Shown: positions 11,796-20,589 of the stretch, piece after piece | How the letters are laid out: every line of letters begins with the position of its first letter | Position numbering within the stretch: the stretch's first letter is position 1 | Virus record (IMG/VR): IMGVR_UViG_3300025154_000063 | Coordinates: 24,994-88,993 of that record | Length of the DNA: 64,000 bases | Source: a virus | Reading direction: 5' to 3' (one strand) | The notes under the pieces: generated by a model | What the model saw: only the letters and a program-made list of their open reading frames with translations | Told to the model about the DNA's origin: nothing | The model's database searches: none | Translations under genes and position numbers: made by a program

Positions 11796-14515
11796 TTATT
11801 GTTTACCAAAAGCACTTTCAAAAGCTTTGTCTTCAAAGTCGTCAACAACCTTAATAATGATTGGTTCAACTAAAGTTGGACAAACTGTGTAGTGAGTAAA
11901 TATCTCATTAGAAGCTATTACCACTGGTCTCTTAAACTCGTGCATTAACAAGTTATTATGGTCTTGCCCACAACGAGAACAACTTTTAATATCTATTCTA
12001 TTAGCCATGTTAGACCCATATAAAATAATTTACTAACAATAAAAAGCATAAGAATTGTTACTAAAGTATAGATAAAATATTTAATCACATCTTTCTCCTG
12101 CTCTAAAGTGTACTATGCCCTTCTCACACTCTTCACCATCTTTACCAAAGTGGTGGTCGCAGTCTAAAACTTCTGGATGTTTAAAGAGTACGTCACAGTC
12201 GCACAGCCATGTACCTTCAGTCTTAAAGAAAGTACATTTTGGAGAATGATTTTCAACTTCAACAAGTCTGGCAAGTTGCCACGCTCGCTCGAATGTCACA
12301 GTCATAAGTTAATTCCGCATTATCAGTAGTGCTGAATATGCTACATCCTGTTGAGTATTGCTCATCTGATATTGAACCTCCAATGTGCCAGCACTAGCCT
12401 TTTGCATTCTTTTAATTACTGTATCTAATTCCTCTTGAAAGTCAGTATCACTGAAGCTTGTGACATGTTCTACGGCTACTATTTTAACTATCATTTTATT
12501 TCTCCCTGAAACTTTTCTACTGTTTCAATTAACTCTGACATTGTGATTATTGTGTATTCGTCATTATTTCTATCATCTTCTCTGAAGTCACAGTGAACCC
12601 AGTCGCCAACTTTTAATTTCTTGCCGGCTTCTGTCATTGACCAGTTACCAGTATAATTGCTGACTAAGAAGTCCAAGGTCTCTTGGTCGGTGATGAAATA
12701 GAATACCCCTAACACACTGGACTGAAATGCACTTAGCTTTACCTTTTTCCACATTTCTGTAATATGTAAAGCCCGCTCGTGGTATCTACAGGAATGTTCC
12801 TGATTGAATTCTTTTCCGTCGCTAGCTATCCAGACAACCTGTGACATAATTTGTGCTGGCACTGCAACTTCTCTAACTTCTTTCTTCATCATATCCTCCC
12901 ATTAATCTTGTTCAACTTCTATAAGTTTAACACCATAGAAATAGAATTGTTCATCACTCACGTCCCCATAGCCATCTAGCACACAGGTAAACTCGCCACC
13001 TACGAACCCGTCCTCTAGCTCACTCTCCTGCAAGAATGTTCCAATTGACCCAACTACTCCTGCATACTGGATGTAACCCTCTAAGGGGTGTAGCTCAACT
13101 ATTTGATAAAGTTGTTCGTCCATGTTACTTTTCCTGTTTTCGCCACTTGATAATGCCGACGATGTTCTGTGTTAAAAACAATGAGACTAATAATAAGGTT
13201 GCCCATTCATGTTTTACTAACCAGTAGTAAACATAAATTGAGTTTCCAACCATGAACCAGAGAAAGGTCTTCCAGCTCTTTGTTCTAATTAGTACAATGT
13301 TTCCGATGAAGATGAGTGCTGAGGCTACCCAGCTTAAAAGAGTAATGTCCATTATTCAATCACCACCCTAAGACCATATAAGCTGCCACCCACACGATAC
13401 TGGTCAAACTTCTCAATGAAGTCATTCTCTAACTCGAAAGCCTCTTTACCTGCTGATAAGCCTGACTCCATTCTATCAACAAGATTATCATACTCCAACA
13501 ATTTCTCAGATGGTATCAGATACCAGTGGCTATCATCATCTTGACGCAAGAACCCAAACTTAATTTCCACCATCAGCCTTAGCCTCCGCAGCAGCCTTAG
13601 CTTTCTTGCCTGCCTCAATGCGGGCAGCAGCGTCCACTGCAGCCAAGTAACCGAGACCACCTGTGTTCTTCTTCAAGCGTTCCAACATCTTTTGAACACG
13701 TGCCACACCTTCGTAACTACTCAATGCTTTTGTCATTATTTATTCTCCTCTTCCTGATTATATTCCCAAACCAACTCAACAATTTTCATTCGTCTTGCCA
13801 ACAGCACAGGGCTGTGACTGTGTGACTTTGGGTAAGTGTCTTCAACCAGACACTTTACAATTCCTCTTCCAGCCTTATTACGAAACTGACGATGAAAGAA
13901 TTTGAGAGTGTCTTCAAATGACGGAAGGACATGAAAGCCAGAAAGATATTCTTTACCGTGAGAACCATCATTAACAATCTTCTGGTCGGCATCCATCCAC
14001 TCATTAAAGGTAAACTTTCTACTACCCTGATTACCATGGAATAGTGAATAGAAATTCCCCTTCTTAATTTCAACAATACGATAAGCTACTTCTGCCATTT
14101 GTTTCCTCCTGTTTAATTGATACATTAATTATACTACAAAACCCGTGGTTGTCAAGGGCTAATCCCAAGACCACGGGTTTTCATATTTCTGCCCTTTGAT
14201 TTCTTTAATTGCGGGTTTCTCATCTTCAATATCTTCAAGAGCATCAATCATGTTAAAGAGCTCTTGGCGGGTTACACCACCATATTTTCTTGGAACATTT
14301 GGCATTCTGGAATTCGTGCTTGGGGTAGTTGCCATAATACCAATAACATCAGGCTTTTCCCAAGGGGGAGTTTCTTTCTTACGCCACCAGTGACCGGCGT
14401 GCCAGAAAGGGTTTTCGTACTGTGCCCAAGTCATGTGACCTTCTTTCATCCGGCGCACAGCCTCAGCTTTGTGTTTCTTGGTTTGATGAATACGAAAAGC
14501 TCTAGTGCGGTACAT
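11796..14515 (-). other. Cluster of small hypothetical genes, including a 75-aa membrane protein (13125..13352, possibly PnuC-like)
   Basis: Packed minus-strand ORFs; 13125..13352 is hydrophobic with about 3 TM segments. Confidence 0.6.
14128..14155 (-). promoter_or_regulatory. sigma70 promoter (TATAATTAAT family)
   Basis: TTGACA-16-TATAATTAATG. Confidence 0.75.
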
Positions 14516-14545
14516 ATGCCTCCTTGAATATTAGAGGATAAAAAG

Positions 14546-14617
14546 AGCGCCTGAGAGGTGCTGCCCCCCCGTTTCTTCGTTCGTAGCGAAGTGCCCTATC
14601 TGTTGGACGACAGGCGC
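14546..14617 (-). tRNA. tRNA-Arg(ACG)
   Basis: Acceptor GCGCCTG/CAGGCGC; CTTCG-CTACGAA-CGAAG; atypical T loop GGCAGCA. Confidence 0.8.
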
Positions 14618-14625
14618 ATATTATA

Positions 14626-14715
14626 TAGTTGGAAAAGTCTACCAGATATTCCCGCTTGAGCACGTCCGGCTATCCTAGTCGTGGCGGACTTTTTAAAGGG
14701 GCTCATAACCAACTA
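14626..14715 (-). ncRNA. Orphan structured RNA between tRNAs
   Basis: TAGTTGG/CCAACTA and AAAAGTCCGCCA/TGGTAGACTTTT stems; possible TGAGC/GCTCA pseudoknot. Confidence 0.55.
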
Positions 14716-14718
14716 GAG

Positions 14719-14790
14719 TGCTCTACGTCGGAGTCAAACCGGCGTTACTGCGTTGAGAGCGCAGCGTACTAATCACTATACTAGTAGAGC
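14719..14790 (-). tRNA. tRNA-Glu(CUC)
   Basis: GCTCTAC/GTAGAGC; CTGCG-CTCTCAA-CGCAG. Confidence 0.85.
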
Positions 14791-14793
14791 GTG

Positions 14794-14867
14794 TGCAGCT
14801 AGCAGGAGTCGAACCTGCAGATTTCACTTTTTGAAAGTGCTGCCTATGCCTATTCGGCTATAGCTGC
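14794..14867 (-). tRNA. tRNA-Leu(CAA), short variable region
   Basis: GCAGCTA/TAGCTGC; loop TTCAAAA; T loop TTCGACT. Confidence 0.8.
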
Positions 14868-14870
14868 ATA

Positions 14871-15086
14871 TTAAATTTTAACTGGGTCAATTATACACTT
14901 TCTAACACTTAAATATACATATGAACCATAGTCACCACATCCTGCCATATCCTCATCACCATCCCACTTATGAGCAATTTCTTTCAAGATATATTCTTCC
15001 GGCTCTACACTTAACACTATTGGCCCATAATGGTCTCCACTTTCTGATGTAGCTAAGATAACCCAAACTTCTGTTCCAGATAACAT
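14871..15086 (-). CDS. Hypothetical protein inside the tRNA array
   Basis: ORF with AGGAGG RBS before MLSGTEV. Confidence 0.6.
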   Translation of the reverse strand: MLSGTEVWVILATSESGDHYGPIVLSVEPEEYILKEIAHKWDGDEDMAGCGDYGSYVYLSVRKCIIDPVKI

Positions 15087-15105
15087 GTGTCCTCCTAAAT
15101 ATAAG

Positions 15106-15182
15106 AGCAAGCGGCGGGGGTCGAACCCGCATTTTCATCCTTTATGCACGTGGTGCTTAGAAGGCACGGCCATTACGCTCGC
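15106..15182 (-). tRNA. D-armless tRNA-Arg(UCU)-like RNA
   Basis: GCGAGCG/CGCTTGC; GTGC-CTTCTAA-GCAC; GCGGG-TTCGACC-CCCGC; about 8 nt where the D arm should be; ~22-nt variable region. Confidence 0.65.
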
Positions 15183-15187
15183 ATGAG

Positions 15188-15261
15188 TGCCAGAGGAGGG
15201 AGTCGAACCCTCAGACCTAGAGGTTTAAGCTCTCTGCATATGCCTATTCTGCTACACTGGC
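15188..15261 (-). tRNA. tRNA-Leu(UAA), short variable region
   Basis: AGAG-CTTAAAC-CTCT; GAGGG-TTCGACT-CCCTC. Confidence 0.8.
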
Positions 15262-15274
15262 TTGTATTACTGTG

Positions 15275-15355
15275 TGCTCCTGAGAGGACTCGAACCTCCA
15301 CACCTTGCGGCACTTGCTTCTAAGGCAAGCGTGTCTACCGTTCCACCACGGGAGC
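15275..15355 (-). tRNA. tRNA-Leu(UAG)
   Basis: CTTGC-CTTAGAA-GCAAG; long variable arm. Confidence 0.9.
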
Positions 15356-15376
15356 ATAACCCTCTTTCGAGGGATG

Positions 15377-16471
15377 TTATCCTGTTGCTTTGAAGTTATA
15401 GATAGGCTTAATAACTTCTATTATATCTGCTGTTGGTGCTATATCATCTACAATTGTTTGCATTGACTTGTAAGCATTTGGTGCTTCATCCAGTGTGGAT
15501 GCTCCTACAGTACTACTATAAACACCCTTCATGCTACTAACAAACTCATCTAAGTCCAGAGTCTTCTTTGCAACATTTCTTCCCATCAATCTACCTGCTC
15601 CGTGGGGAGCTGATAAATTCCAATCTTCATTTCCTTTACCAACACATATTAAAGAACCATCACGCATATTGATAGGGACAATAAAGATTTCATCTTTCTT
15701 TGCTGACACAGCGCCCTTTCTTATCATACCCTGTGACACGTAGTTATGAATTGTTTCAAAACGTCCGATGTTCTGGATGCCAACAAACATGAAGTTTACA
15801 ATAAGGTTTGATATTACTTCCCTATTAAGGCTAGCATATTTTTGACATATCTCCATGTCGTGTAAGTATCCCTCACGTGCTTCACCTGTTAAGTAACACA
15901 GGTCTTTTGGAACACTTGCATCACAAGAGTCAACAGCTACCTTCTGCCAGTACTCAGCAACCTGCTTTCCTAGGTTACGGCTTCCAGAGTGAACAACTAA
16001 GTAGATATTGCCGTCTGTGTCTTTGTCAAGCTCGATGAAGTGGTTACCACCACCTAGTGTTCCTATCTGCAGTGGAAATACCTGCTGCTTCTTTAACTTC
16101 TTGTAACAATATAGGTCTACTATATCCCCGAAGTTTTTTACAACTGTTAGGTGTGAGTTATGTCCACTTGGAATTATTGTGTGTACTGCATTGTCAAAAG
16201 CACGTAGGTCTAGCTTTACTTTTCCTAAGTTGGTAACGTGCATTCCACACCCAATGTCAACTCCAACAAGGTTAGGAATTACTATCTCTCCCAGCTCTGC
16301 AGTAAACCCTATTACACATCCTGCCCCAGCATGGTAGTCTGGCATAATACGAACGCTCTTTCCATGTGTAAAGCTCTGGTTAAGTAATTCAATTATCTGA
16401 CTTACTGCCTTATCTTCCCCAACATCAGAGAATACTTTTGCTGTTGCATATTGTCCTGTTAATTCAAACAT
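15377..16471 (-). CDS. rtcB: RtcB RNA 2',3'-cyclic-phosphate/5'-OH ligase
   Basis: MPDYHAG, VGVDIGCG, GTLGGGNHF, HSGSR, HNY, RKGA, HGAGR, DEAP..YK. Confidence 0.97.
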   Translation of the reverse strand: MFELTGQYATAKVFSDVGEDKAVSQIIELLNQSFTHGKSVRIMPDYHAGAGCVIGFTAELGEIVIPNLVGVDIGCGMHVTNLGKVKLDLRAFDNAVHTIIPSGHNSHLTVVKNFGDIVDLYCYKKLKKQQVFPLQIGTLGGGNHFIELDKDTDGNIYLVVHSGSRNLGKQVAEYWQKVAVDSCDASVPKDLCYLTGEAREGYLHDMEICQKYASLNREVISNLIVNFMFVGIQNIGRFETIHNYVSQGMIRKGAVSAKKDEIFIVPINMRDGSLICVGKGNEDWNLSAPHGAGRLMGRNVAKKTLDLDEFVSSMKGVYSSTVGASTLDEAPNAYKSMQTIVDDIAPTADIIEVIKPIYNFKATG

Positions 16472-16500
16472 AACTTCCTCCTGTACAAATTTATATTAAG

Positions 16501-16572
16501 TGCTCTGTAGGGGAGTCGAACCCCTGTTACTTGGGTGAAAGCCGAGCGTCTTAACCGCTGGACTAACAGAGC
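16501..16572 (-). tRNA. tRNA-Glu(UUC)
   Basis: GCTCTGT/ACAGAGC; loop CTTTCAC. Confidence 0.9.
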
Positions 16573-16579
16573 ATGCCCC

Positions 16580-17416
16580 CTAATATTCTTTTAAAACCAT
16601 CCCGTAGTTATTCACACCATTAGGTATAGAAAGACCAGCTTTTCTTATCAGTTGGTTATTCAAGAATGGCTTATAATTAACATCGTGATGCCACCTACCA
16701 TACCTGAAAACAACCTTTACTACATCTGGATGCTGGCGCTGCAAAGACTCAGCAAACTCTTTCCTATTGTCCCCTGTGTTATAGATGGTGTCAGTATTGC
16801 CACCCGCCATGGTCATTGTTCCTGCCTTATTCTGCAGGAATCCCTGAAACAACACAGTGCACCAACCATCTTTTAGTGCTCTTAAGGATATGTCTGTATC
16901 CTCATTATACTTTCCACGCCATCTGTAAGGTATGCTATTGTTTACAAGAATACAAGAATACGTCCTAGTGTTTAGCCTGAATGGTGCTTTTTCTCTTCGT
17001 GCTCCACCAGCAAACTGACGGTACTCAAAGCTAGCTAAGGCAACATTAGTATACCTGTCAACAAAGTCCTCAGCACACTTGAAAATAGTGCCTGATGTTA
17101 CCTTTGCTCGCACGTTCCTGTTGAGTCTTTCAAAACCATTGATGTTATCGTCAAGTATCCAATGTCTTTCAAAACCTGCAGCCATGGAGTGTTCCCATAC
17201 CCAATTGCGAGCAGGGGTAGAACCTAAACCTAAGTTACTAAAAGGCAAAACATATATCTTACTTCTTGGTGTATCCTTAGAGTAGTCGTTGTATTCCTGC
17301 GGTTCAATCACTAACTTGTAAGGTACACCTATCTCTTCTAGCTTGTGGGCTGTGGTGTGGTTATGTGCCCTGCCCTTAGAGATTATGTATACGGGATACT
17401 CAGGATTCATCCACAT
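16580..17416 (-). CDS. TET-associated glycosyltransferase-like (TAGT/GREB1-like, GT-A fold)
   Basis: YPVYIISKGR, ARNW, HWILDDNI, YSCIL, YNEDTD, GGNT motifs. Confidence 0.8.
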   Translation of the reverse strand: MWMNPEYPVYIISKGRAHNHTTAHKLEEIGVPYKLVIEPQEYNDYSKDTPRSKIYVLPFSNLGLGSTPARNWVWEHSMAAGFERHWILDDNINGFERLNRNVRAKVTSGTIFKCAEDFVDRYTNVALASFEYRQFAGGARREKAPFRLNTRTYSCILVNNSIPYRWRGKYNEDTDISLRALKDGWCTVLFQGFLQNKAGTMTMAGGNTDTIYNTGDNRKEFAESLQRQHPDVVKVVFRYGRWHHDVNYKPFLNNQLIRKAGLSIPNGVNNYGMVLKEY

Positions 17417-17624
17417 ACTCCCGCAGTATTTTGTCTGTCTTTACTGGGAAAAATATACCCTTAGTTTTCATGGTAATTTTTCTACCAATCAATTTTGAGA
17501 AAGCATCCATATCTTCAAGAGATTCAAAGTGTACCATCACACCCTTTATGCTTTCTTTATCTTCTTGCACAAACTCTGGCATATCTTGCCACTCATTAAA
17601 TATCTCTTGCTTGCCTTTAAGCAT
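17400..17624 (-). CDS. Small partner protein typical upstream of phage TAGT genes
   Basis: EWQDMPEFVQE...VHFES...ITMKTKGIFFP; AGGAGG RBS; overlaps the TAGT start. Confidence 0.65.
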   Translation of the reverse strand: MLKGKQEIFNEWQDMPEFVQEDKESIKGVMVHFESLEDMDAFSKLIGRKITMKTKGIFFPVKTDKILREYVDES

Positions 17625-17637
17625 AAGTCCTCCTGTT

Positions 17638-17720
17638 AAAAGTATACCCAGTTTCGCCATGCCCTCACCCACCCAACTGTAAAGTCTTCATTGTGAGGTA
17701 GTGTGTAGCTGCAGTACTTT
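17638..17720 (-). ncRNA. Orphan structured RNA after tRNA-Gln(CUG)
   Basis: AAAGTA/TACTTT closing stem; CCTCAC/GTGAGG inner stem. Confidence 0.4.
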
Positions 17721-17725
17721 AAAGG

Positions 17726-17797
17726 CAGTCCTAGATAGTTTCGGGCTATCAACCTTCTCGCTCAGAACGAGTTGCTCTACCTTTGAGCTATAAGACT
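17726..17797 (-). tRNA. tRNA-Gln(CUG)
   Basis: AGTCTTA/TAGGACT; CTCG-TTCTGAG-CGAG; T loop CCCGAAA. Confidence 0.75.
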
Positions 17798-17799
17798 AG

Positions 17800-17870
17800 T
17801 GCGGGTGACAGGATTTGCACCTGCACAGGCTGGGTGGAAGCCAGCAATGCTACTGTTACACCACATCCGC
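17800..17870 (-). tRNA. tRNA-Gly(UCC)
   Basis: GCTGG-CTTCCAC-CCAGC. Confidence 0.85.
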
Positions 17871-17876
17871 ATATAT

Positions 17877-17948
17877 TGGGAGCGTCCTGCCATTAGACTA
17901 ACAGACCCATAAGGTGCTGTAGGGGTATTGAGCCCACTGTTTCTCCCA
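17877..17948 (-). ncRNA. Circularly permuted, anticodon-less tRNA-like RNA
   Basis: Order: GGGAG, AAAC, T arm, ACAG(C)ACC, loop TTATG, GGTCTGT, D arm GTCT-AATGGC-AGGAC, CTCCC. Confidence 0.7.
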
Positions 17949-17950
17949 TG

Positions 17951-18021
17951 AGCGGAATATCGGATTTGAACCCATACTCAATGCTCGGCAAGCATTTGCG
18001 CTACCGTTACGCCAATTCCGC
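17951..18021 (-). tRNA. tRNA-Gly(GCC)
   Basis: GCGGAAT/ATTCCGC; AATGC-TTGCCGA-GCATT. Confidence 0.85.
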
Positions 18022-18076
18022 AATATAATATTTCTATGCTTGAATGATACTAATGAAATATTAAAACAGTCCATTG

Positions 18077-18158
18077 TGGGCAGAGAGGGATTTGCACCCC
18101 CAAGACCGAAGTCGGGCGGGTTACAGCCGCTGAGTGTCACTATTCACTGCTTCTACCC
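18077..18158 (-). tRNA. tRNA-Tyr(GUA)
   Basis: GCGG-CTGTAAC-CCGC; variable arm GAC-TTCG-GTC. Confidence 0.8.
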
Positions 18159-18165
18159 ATATTTT

Positions 18166-18312
18166 GTCTGTTCACAGCATCCCGTCAAGGTCGGATTGCC
18201 ATCATTCTCTACTTTGTCTCAGGTAGGGTTTCTACATACTGCCTATAATCAGTACCCACCATTGCTCGCCTTGGCCTTTATTGACATTTCAAAGAATGGA
18301 CGCAGGACAGAC
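18166..18312 (-). ncRNA. Orphan structured RNA (element C)
   Basis: Nested GTCTGT/ACAGAC, GCGTCC/GGATGC, TGTCAA/TTGACG; hairpin TACTG/CAGTA. Confidence 0.55.
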
Positions 18313-18327
18313 TTGTCCTTGTCACTG

Positions 18328-18401
18328 TGACCCTGAGAGGATTTGCACCTCCAACCCTCCGCTTAAAAGGCGGTTGCAATATCTACTCTTGCTACAAGGC
18401 C
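18328..18401 (-). tRNA. tRNA-Lys(UUU)
   Basis: CCGC-CTTTTAA-GCGG. Confidence 0.85.
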
Positions 18402-18406
18402 GTAAG

Positions 18407-18479
18407 TGCTCCCAGCAGAGTCTGAGTCTGCATTAGATGATTAAGAGTCACCTACATTTTCCGTTTATGTTATGGAAGC
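18407..18479 (-). tRNA. tRNA-Lys(CUU)
   Basis: GGTGA-CTCTTAA-TCATC; T arm GCAGA-CTCAGAC-TCTGC. Confidence 0.75.
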
Positions 18480-18860
18480 AAGTTTTATTTTTTGTTTATA
18501 TTCTTTATTATGTTTTGATTTTGTTGTAACACACTCAATGCAACGACAATATCTATAAGAAGATAATGTACCATGAGTATTTTTTGCATTACTTCTTCCT
18601 AGGTTTGACAATGTTTTTTCTATGTGACAATCTACACATAATAATTGACATTTTTCTAACTCAATAATAAGACTTTTAATTGAGCCAACCAGCATATCTG
18701 ATATGTTTTTATTTTTTGTGTTTGGGTCAATGTGGTCAAACTCTAACCCTTTATCAGAACCACAAATAGTACATACATTTCCAAGCTGTTTTTCTGCCCA
18801 TGCTCTTCTAGCAGCATATCTTGTATTCATATATACTCGCATATACTCATTAGTTGACAT
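18465..18860 (-). CDS. HNH endonuclease
   Basis: CTICG...LEFDHIDP..K...CQLLCVDCH; C-terminal HGT..Y..CRC..C. Confidence 0.9.
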   Translation of the reverse strand: MSTNEYMRVYMNTRYAARRAWAEKQLGNVCTICGSDKGLEFDHIDPNTKNKNISDMLVGSIKSLIIELEKCQLLCVDCHIEKTLSNLGRSNAKNTHGTLSSYRYCRCIECVTTKSKHNKEYKQKIKLASIT

Positions 18861-18892
18861 ATAAGCTCCAACACTAATTTACTAAACTTAAG

Positions 18893-18965
18893 TATTGTTG
18901 AGTGGAGTCGAACCACCAACCAGCTGGATATAAGCCAGATGCTCTAACCATTGAGCTACAACAAT
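18893..18965 (-). tRNA. tRNA-Ile(UAU)
   Basis: ATTGTTG/CAACAAT; CTGG-CTTATAT-CCAG. Confidence 0.8.
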
Positions 18966-18976
18966 ATATTACAAGG

Positions 18977-19048
18977 CGGCTCGTACGGGTACTGACCCCG
19001 CTACCATCCGCTCGACAGGCGGGCGCTCTTCCGGTGAGCTAACAAGCC
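18977..19048 (-). tRNA. tRNA-Asp(GUC)
   Basis: CCGC-CTGTCGA-GCGG; G73. Confidence 0.8.
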
Positions 19049-19065
19049 AATTAACTTACTTATTA

Positions 19066-19094
19066 ATTATACAGCATGTAAAGCCCTTTGTCAA
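19066..19094 (-). promoter_or_regulatory. sigma70 promoter inside the tRNA array
   Basis: TTGACA-17-TATAATTAAT. Confidence 0.8.
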
Positions 19095-19109
19095 GGGGCA
19101 ATTTCAAAG

Positions 19110-19189
19110 TGCCTGTTGAGGGAGTCGAACCCACATTCACAGCTCCGTTTACGTATAGTAGTTTAGGAAACTACCTCGGCTAAACAGGC
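19110..19189 (-). tRNA. D-armless tRNA-Arg(CCU)-like RNA
   Basis: GCCTGTT/AACAGGC; GGTAGT-TTCCTAA-ACTACT; 7-nt D remnant; long variable region. Confidence 0.65.
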
Positions 19190-19193
19190 AAAT

Positions 19194-19226
19194 AAAAAGA
19201 GAGCTAACTTTAGTAAGCTAGCTCTC
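19194..19226 (-). terminator. Rho-independent terminator
   Basis: GAGAGCTAGCTT-ACTA-AAGTTAGCTCTC-TTTTT. Confidence 0.7.
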
Positions 19227-19473
19227 ATGGTTGCCGTTCCCTAATACGGCAAAGAAAAGTTTTGCTTACTACTTGGTAATATCCATGAGTGTCCCTTGTT
19301 CATAGGCAATACCAAATATAATGGTCTGTGTATCTTGACCATCTAATCTATACTCACCTATGCGTTTATCAAAGTTACTCATTAAATACTCCTAGATATA
19401 TTCATCTTCTTTAAATCGCCACAACACAGCGGCGAGTCTTCTTGATATAATTACTACAATCACAAAGCATAAC

Positions 19474-19809
19474 TTATTGAGCATTGGCTATCCTTAGTAA
19501 AACATCTTGCATGGAGTTACACCTGTTGTCACCAAATTTCAAGGGAATGCAATGACACCCTATACAAAATATTGTATCAACATTATGGTCATTATGTGGG
19601 GCTACTTTATAACCATATAACATTGAACCATTACACATGTAATAATGAGACACAATAATTGGTATTTCTTCTATCAACACACTTCCAAGATAAAACTCTC
19701 GCAACAAAGAATTTATAGTCTCTATATTCTCAACCCATGTTTTGCGAGTTTGAATAGATAGTTGAGGTTTTGTAAACGGTGTTTTTATTTCCACCACCTC
19801 TAGGAACAT
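19474..19809 (-). CDS. Hypothetical protein
   Basis: 111-aa ORF between tRNAs. Confidence 0.5.
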   Translation of the reverse strand: MFLEVVEIKTPFTKPQLSIQTRKTWVENIETINSLLREFYLGSVLIEEIPIIVSHYYMCNGSMLYGYKVAPHNDHNVDTIFCIGCHCIPLKFGDNRCNSMQDVLLRIANAQ

Positions 19810-19848
19810 ATCTTGCCCCTTTCAACCTGATAATATAAAACATAATAG

Positions 19849-19919
19849 TGGAGCTAAGAGGAGTCGAACCTCCGTCAGATGCGTGCAAGGCAACTGTAAT
19901 CCCGTTATACGACAGCCCC
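19849..19919 (-). tRNA. tRNA-Ala(UGC)
   Basis: GGGGCTG/TAGCTCC with G3.U70; loop CTTGCAC. Confidence 0.9.
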
Positions 19920-19930
19920 AGACTTACTAG

Positions 19931-20002
19931 CTCACCTACGTGGATTTGCACCACGAACCCTTCGGGTAACAGCCGAGCGCTCTACTATTGAGCTATAAGT
20001 GA
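19931..20002 (-). tRNA. tRNA-Asn(GUU)
   Basis: TCGG-CTGTTAC-CCGA. Confidence 0.85.
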
Positions 20003-20231
20003 ATATGGTTACTTACATAATTCTTCATATTTCCATTTAAATTCTTGAAGTGCTGTTACTGCAACTTTCAAGGTGGCATTATGTTCTTCTAATGCTACAA
20101 TGTAATTCTTTATTACTACGGCTAATTTCTGGTCAAGAACATAGGCAAGTGCTATATTAGCTTTTTCTCTTTCTACTGACAATTGCTCTTCTGCCATCAC
20201 ATTTCTCCTGTACAAGTTTATACTACTAAGG

Positions 20232-20303
20232 CAGTCCTGAATGGATTTGCACCACTAACCTTATGCTTCAAAGGCATCTGCTCTGCTGTTGAGCTACAAG
20301 ACT
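20232..20303 (-). tRNA. tRNA-Gln(UUG)
   Basis: ATGC-CTTTGAA-GCAT. Confidence 0.85.
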
Positions 20304-20309
20304 ATAAGG

Positions 20310-20381
20310 CGGGAAAGGTGGGAGTTGCACCCACATCTTGCAGTTTTGGAGACTGTTATCCTGCTATTAAACGACTCGCCC
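20310..20381 (-). tRNA. tRNA-Trp(CCA)
   Basis: CAGT-CTCCAAA-ACTG. Confidence 0.85.
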
Positions 20382-20382
20382 G

Positions 20383-20456
20383 TGGAGTATGGTAGGGATT
20401 TACACCCAATTTTACTATCAACCAATTACGGTCAATCTACGCCTATACGCTCATAC
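20383..20456 (-). ncRNA. Degenerate tRNA-like RNA ending in an encoded CCA
   Basis: GTATG/CATAC-T-CCA; T-arm-like GGG-TGTAAAT-CCC; no clear anticodon arm. Confidence 0.4.
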
Positions 20457-20459
20457 AAG

Positions 20460-20529
20460 TAGCGGGTGAGAGAGTTGCACTCTCAGGGTCAGGCTTATGA
20501 GGCCTGTTGTCAACTGCTGACTACCCGCT
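20460..20529 (-). tRNA. tRNA-Met(CAU), reduced D arm
   Basis: AGCGGGT/ACCCGCT; CAGGC-CTCATAA-GCCTG. Confidence 0.7.
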
Positions 20530-20589
20530 ATGCTGGTGTCCCCTATATGAGGACACTGAATATCTTTTGTACACATGGTACATAGACTG

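Noticed and set aside
17638-17720. HDV/theta or hammerhead ribozyme (contains GGCGAAAC, lies 3' of a tRNA)
   Set aside because: I could not build P1/P3/P1.1 or a CUGAUGA core; kept only as an orphan RNA
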